From Bdellovibrionales bacterium (GTDB lineage: Bacteria; Bdellovibrionota; Bdellovibrionia; Bdellovibrionales; UBA1609): DNA of 64,000 nt. The notes beneath the pieces are model-generated. The model had not been told where the DNA came from and made no database searches. It worked only from the letters and a program-made list of their open reading frames with translations. Shown piece after piece: positions 61,745 to 64,000 of the stretch; the stretch's first letter is position 1, and each line of letters starts with the position of its first letter. A program made the position numbers and the translations under genes. The DNA lies in contig JAWLHR010000009.1 of the NCBI GenBank assembly GCA_041690295.1, positions 1-64,000 on the forward strand, read 5' to 3'.

Positions 61745-64000
61745 TTTTTTTCTCTTCGTTGTATTCGCCGCCGCCGGAGCGCACGCACAAGAAAAGCGAA
61801 GCCGGAAAACTGTCGGTGATCTTCTAAAGCGGATCGAAAAAAACGCCAAAGCGGTTAAATTTTCCAAAGGTAAGACGGCCCTGCCTCAATTCAGCAAGGT
61901 CCAGGCGGCGCCGGTTCGCCGGGTCGATCTATACCAGGTGAAGCCGCCGTCCCGGTCGCGCCTTTATTATGAAGAGGGAACCAACGAGGCCGAGCTTGAA
62001 AAAGTCACGGACCAGGGGATCAAGCAGCTTTATAAACTCACGCAGCAGTTTAAAACCAGTAAAAGGCGCGGAGAACTTTGGCTCCGCTTGGCCGAGCTTT
62101 ACGTCGAAAAAGCGCGTCTGATTGAGTACCGATTACAGCAAAAGTACGACGAACAGGTACAGGCCTATCAAGCCAAGAAGACCAAAGTTCGTCCCAAGCT
62201 CAATTTGAAGGAGTCCCAGGATTACAACCGGCGCGCGGTTCAACTTTATGAATGGTTTTTGCGGGATTTCCCCAAAGATCCCAAAGTCGACCAGGCGTTG
62301 TTCTTCCTCGGCTACAACTACTTCGAGCTGAATCAACCGGAACGCGGAAAAGAATATTACACGCGTTTGACCAAGGAGTTCCCGCGCAGCAGTTATATCG
62401 AAGAGTCCAACTTCGCGCTGGGTGAGTATTATTTCGAGCGCGAGCAATGGAAGGAAGCGCTCAAGCATTACGCGGCGGTGGCCGCCAATAAGCGCGCCCG
62501 CCTTTATTCTTTCGCCCTTTATAAGACCGCTTGGTGCCAATACAAAACGGGCGCGGTGAAACAGGCGCTTGGTTCTTTGGAACGCGTGATCCGCGCGGGT
62601 CGAGTGGCCAAAGGACAACAGGATAGCTCGGCGGGCGGCGTGAGCCGGATCCGCCTGGCGACGGAAGCGCAAAAAGATTTGGTGGTGTTTTACGCCGAGG
62701 CCGGAACGGCGAGGGGCGCGCGAAGCTACTTTGAAGAAATCGCGGGCGCCAAAGCCACGTTCGGATTGCTCGAACGCTTGGCTTATTACTACGCGGACAC
62801 CGGAAACCGGGAAGGCGCGCGCCTGATCTTTCGTGACCTGATCGCGGAGCGGCCAAACGCGCCCAAGGCCTACGATTATCAATATCAGATCGTGACGATG
62901 TACACGTCCACGGACAAACCTGAAGTGTTTCGCGCGGAGTTGTACAGCTGGATTCAAAATTACTCTCCGGGAAGCGATTGGGCGCGGGCGAATGCCAAGG
63001 ATAAGGAACTTGTCACGCGGGCTTACCAGTTGATTGAGACGACGTTGCGCAATCATATTCTCCAGCAGCACCAGACCGCCCAGAACTCGCGCGTTCCGGC
63101 GGCGCAAAAGGCGGCCAAGCAGGGGTACGAACTTTATTTCCAAACGGTTAAAGAAGGGCAAAAACTGGATGAAATGCACTTCTTCTTCGCCGAACTCTTG
63201 TTCGACATGAAGGAGTACGGTCCCGCGATGGCCCATTACAATTGGGTCGTGGAGAACGCGCCCAACTCGCAGTACTTCGAAAAATCCTCACTGAACACGG
63301 TTTTGGCGGCCGAAAAAGGTCTCCCTCAGGAAGCCGACCTCAAAAAGATGGTGGGCGACAGTTTGGAACCCTTTCCCTTCGACAAAAACGTGAAGAACTT
63401 CCAGATCGCGGCCGAACGCTACATGAAGAACTTCCCGAAAGGCGAATCGGTTCCGGCCATGAAATTCAAGCTCGGAACTTTGTACTACTATCACAACCAG
63501 TTCGGTCCGGCGCTGGAGACGTTTAGGGCGATCACCAAGGATTACCCGAAATCCCAGTACGCGAAGTACTCAGCCAACCTGATTCTCGACGTTTTCAATT
63601 TGACCAAGGACTTCAAAGGTCTTGAACAGGCGGGTCAGGAAATTCTGGCCAATCCGGATTTGGCCCAGGGTGAGATCGCCGAACAGGTCCGCGGCGTCTT
63701 GCAGCGGGCGGGATTCAAAAAAGGTCAGGACTTGGAAGCCGCCAAGGATTATCAGGGCGCGGCTCTGGCCTACGAGGAATTCGCCAAGAAGAACGCGGGT
63801 AGCGACCTGGCGATCTCCGCCTCGTACAACGCCGCCGTGAATTTCGAGCGCGCGGGCGATCTCTTCAAGGCGATCGGAATGTACGCCATCGTCCTGGCGG
63901 ATCGTAATCCGAAGAATGAAAAGCTTCGAACCAGTTCGAGCCAGTTCATCGCCGCGCTTTACGAAAAGACCGGACAATACAAAAAGGCCGCCGAAGCGTT
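61719..64000 (+). CDS. Large secreted TPR protein (AgmU/GltD-like), truncated by the window end
   Basis: Open frame from ATG 61719 (MSARKVVISFFLFVVFAAAGAHAQ...) with RLAELY.E, D.ALF.LGY and F.LGEYYF TPR repeats. Not in the ORF track because no stop is reached. Confidence 0.8.
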   Translation, partial: MSARKVVISFFLFVVFAAAGAHAQEKRSRKTVGDLLKRIEKNAKAVKFSKGKTALPQFSKVQAAPVRRVDLYQVKPPSRSRLYYEEGTNEAELEKVTDQGIKQLYKLTQQFKTSKRRGELWLRLAELYVEKARLIEYRLQQKYDEQVQAYQAKKTKVRPKLNLKESQDYNRRAVQLYEWFLRDFPKDPKVDQALFFLGYNYFELNQPERGKEYYTRLTKEFPRSSYIEESNFALGEYYFEREQWKEALKHYAAVAANKRARLYSFALYKTAWCQYKTGAVKQALGSLERVIRAGRVAKGQQDSSAGGVSRIRLATEAQKDLVVFYAEAGTARGARSYFEEIAGAKATFGLLERLAYYYADTGNREGARLIFRDLIAERPNAPKAYDYQYQIVTMYTSTDKPEVFRAELYSWIQNYSPGSDWARANAKDKELVTRAYQLIETTLRNHILQQHQTAQNSRVPAAQKAAKQGYELYFQTVKEGQKLDEMHFFFAELLFDMKEYGPAMAHYNWVVENAPNSQYFEKSSLNTVLAAEKGLPQEADLKKMVGDSLEPFPFDKNVKNFQIAAERYMKNFPKGESVPAMKFKLGTLYYYHNQFGPALETFRAITKDYPKSQYAKYSANLILDVFNLTKDFKGLEQAGQEILANPDLAQGEIAEQVRGVLQRAGFKKGQDLEAAKDYQGAALAYEEFAKKNAGSDLAISASYNAAVNFERAGDLFKAIGMYAIVLADRNPKNEKLRTSSSQFIAALYEKTGQYKKAAEA

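Noticed and set aside
62133..63236. 367-aa minus-strand ORF near the window end
   Set aside because: Antisense to the open plus-strand TPR gene starting at 61719.

Overview
Gene-dense chromosomal window from a Bdellovibrionota-like predatory bacterium. That assignment is inferred from a DgcB-type FHA-GGDEF cyclase, FQNC-type lipoproteins, lineage-type SLT proteins, and a TPR/outer-membrane-barrel gliding cluster. Most of the window is core genome: gcvP, epmA, IHF/HU, mutT, pyrD, gdh, hldA/rfaE1, rlmN, pgi, an ECF sigma, TonB, PilZ, PIN-PhoH, CpaF, eno, ftsB, polA, fliL, a sigma54 activator, engB, kdsB, pyrG, kdsD and the start of a gliding operon. It begins in the 3' end of an IS1-like transposase. 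The most notable element is an accessory island at about 3.2-10.6 kb. It holds a TPR plus double winged-helix regulator surrounded by secreted LamG, VWA, Ig/beta-helix and metallophosphoesterase genes, and all three flanking promoters share a TTTCATTYTATG box at a similar distance from a -10-like hexamer (a candidate self-contained regulon). Other items: a divergent MnmD-like/TIGR01212 radical SAM pair, an aldolase-mtnA-mtnP (DHAP-shunt-like) operon, a ~200-nt structured intergenic RNA candidate upstream of the ECF sigma, several sigma28/sigma54 promoters, many apparently leaderless genes, and a homopolymer-frameshifted gene. I recognised no tRNA, rRNA or CRISPR array. All calls come from reading motifs by eye; no database search was run.
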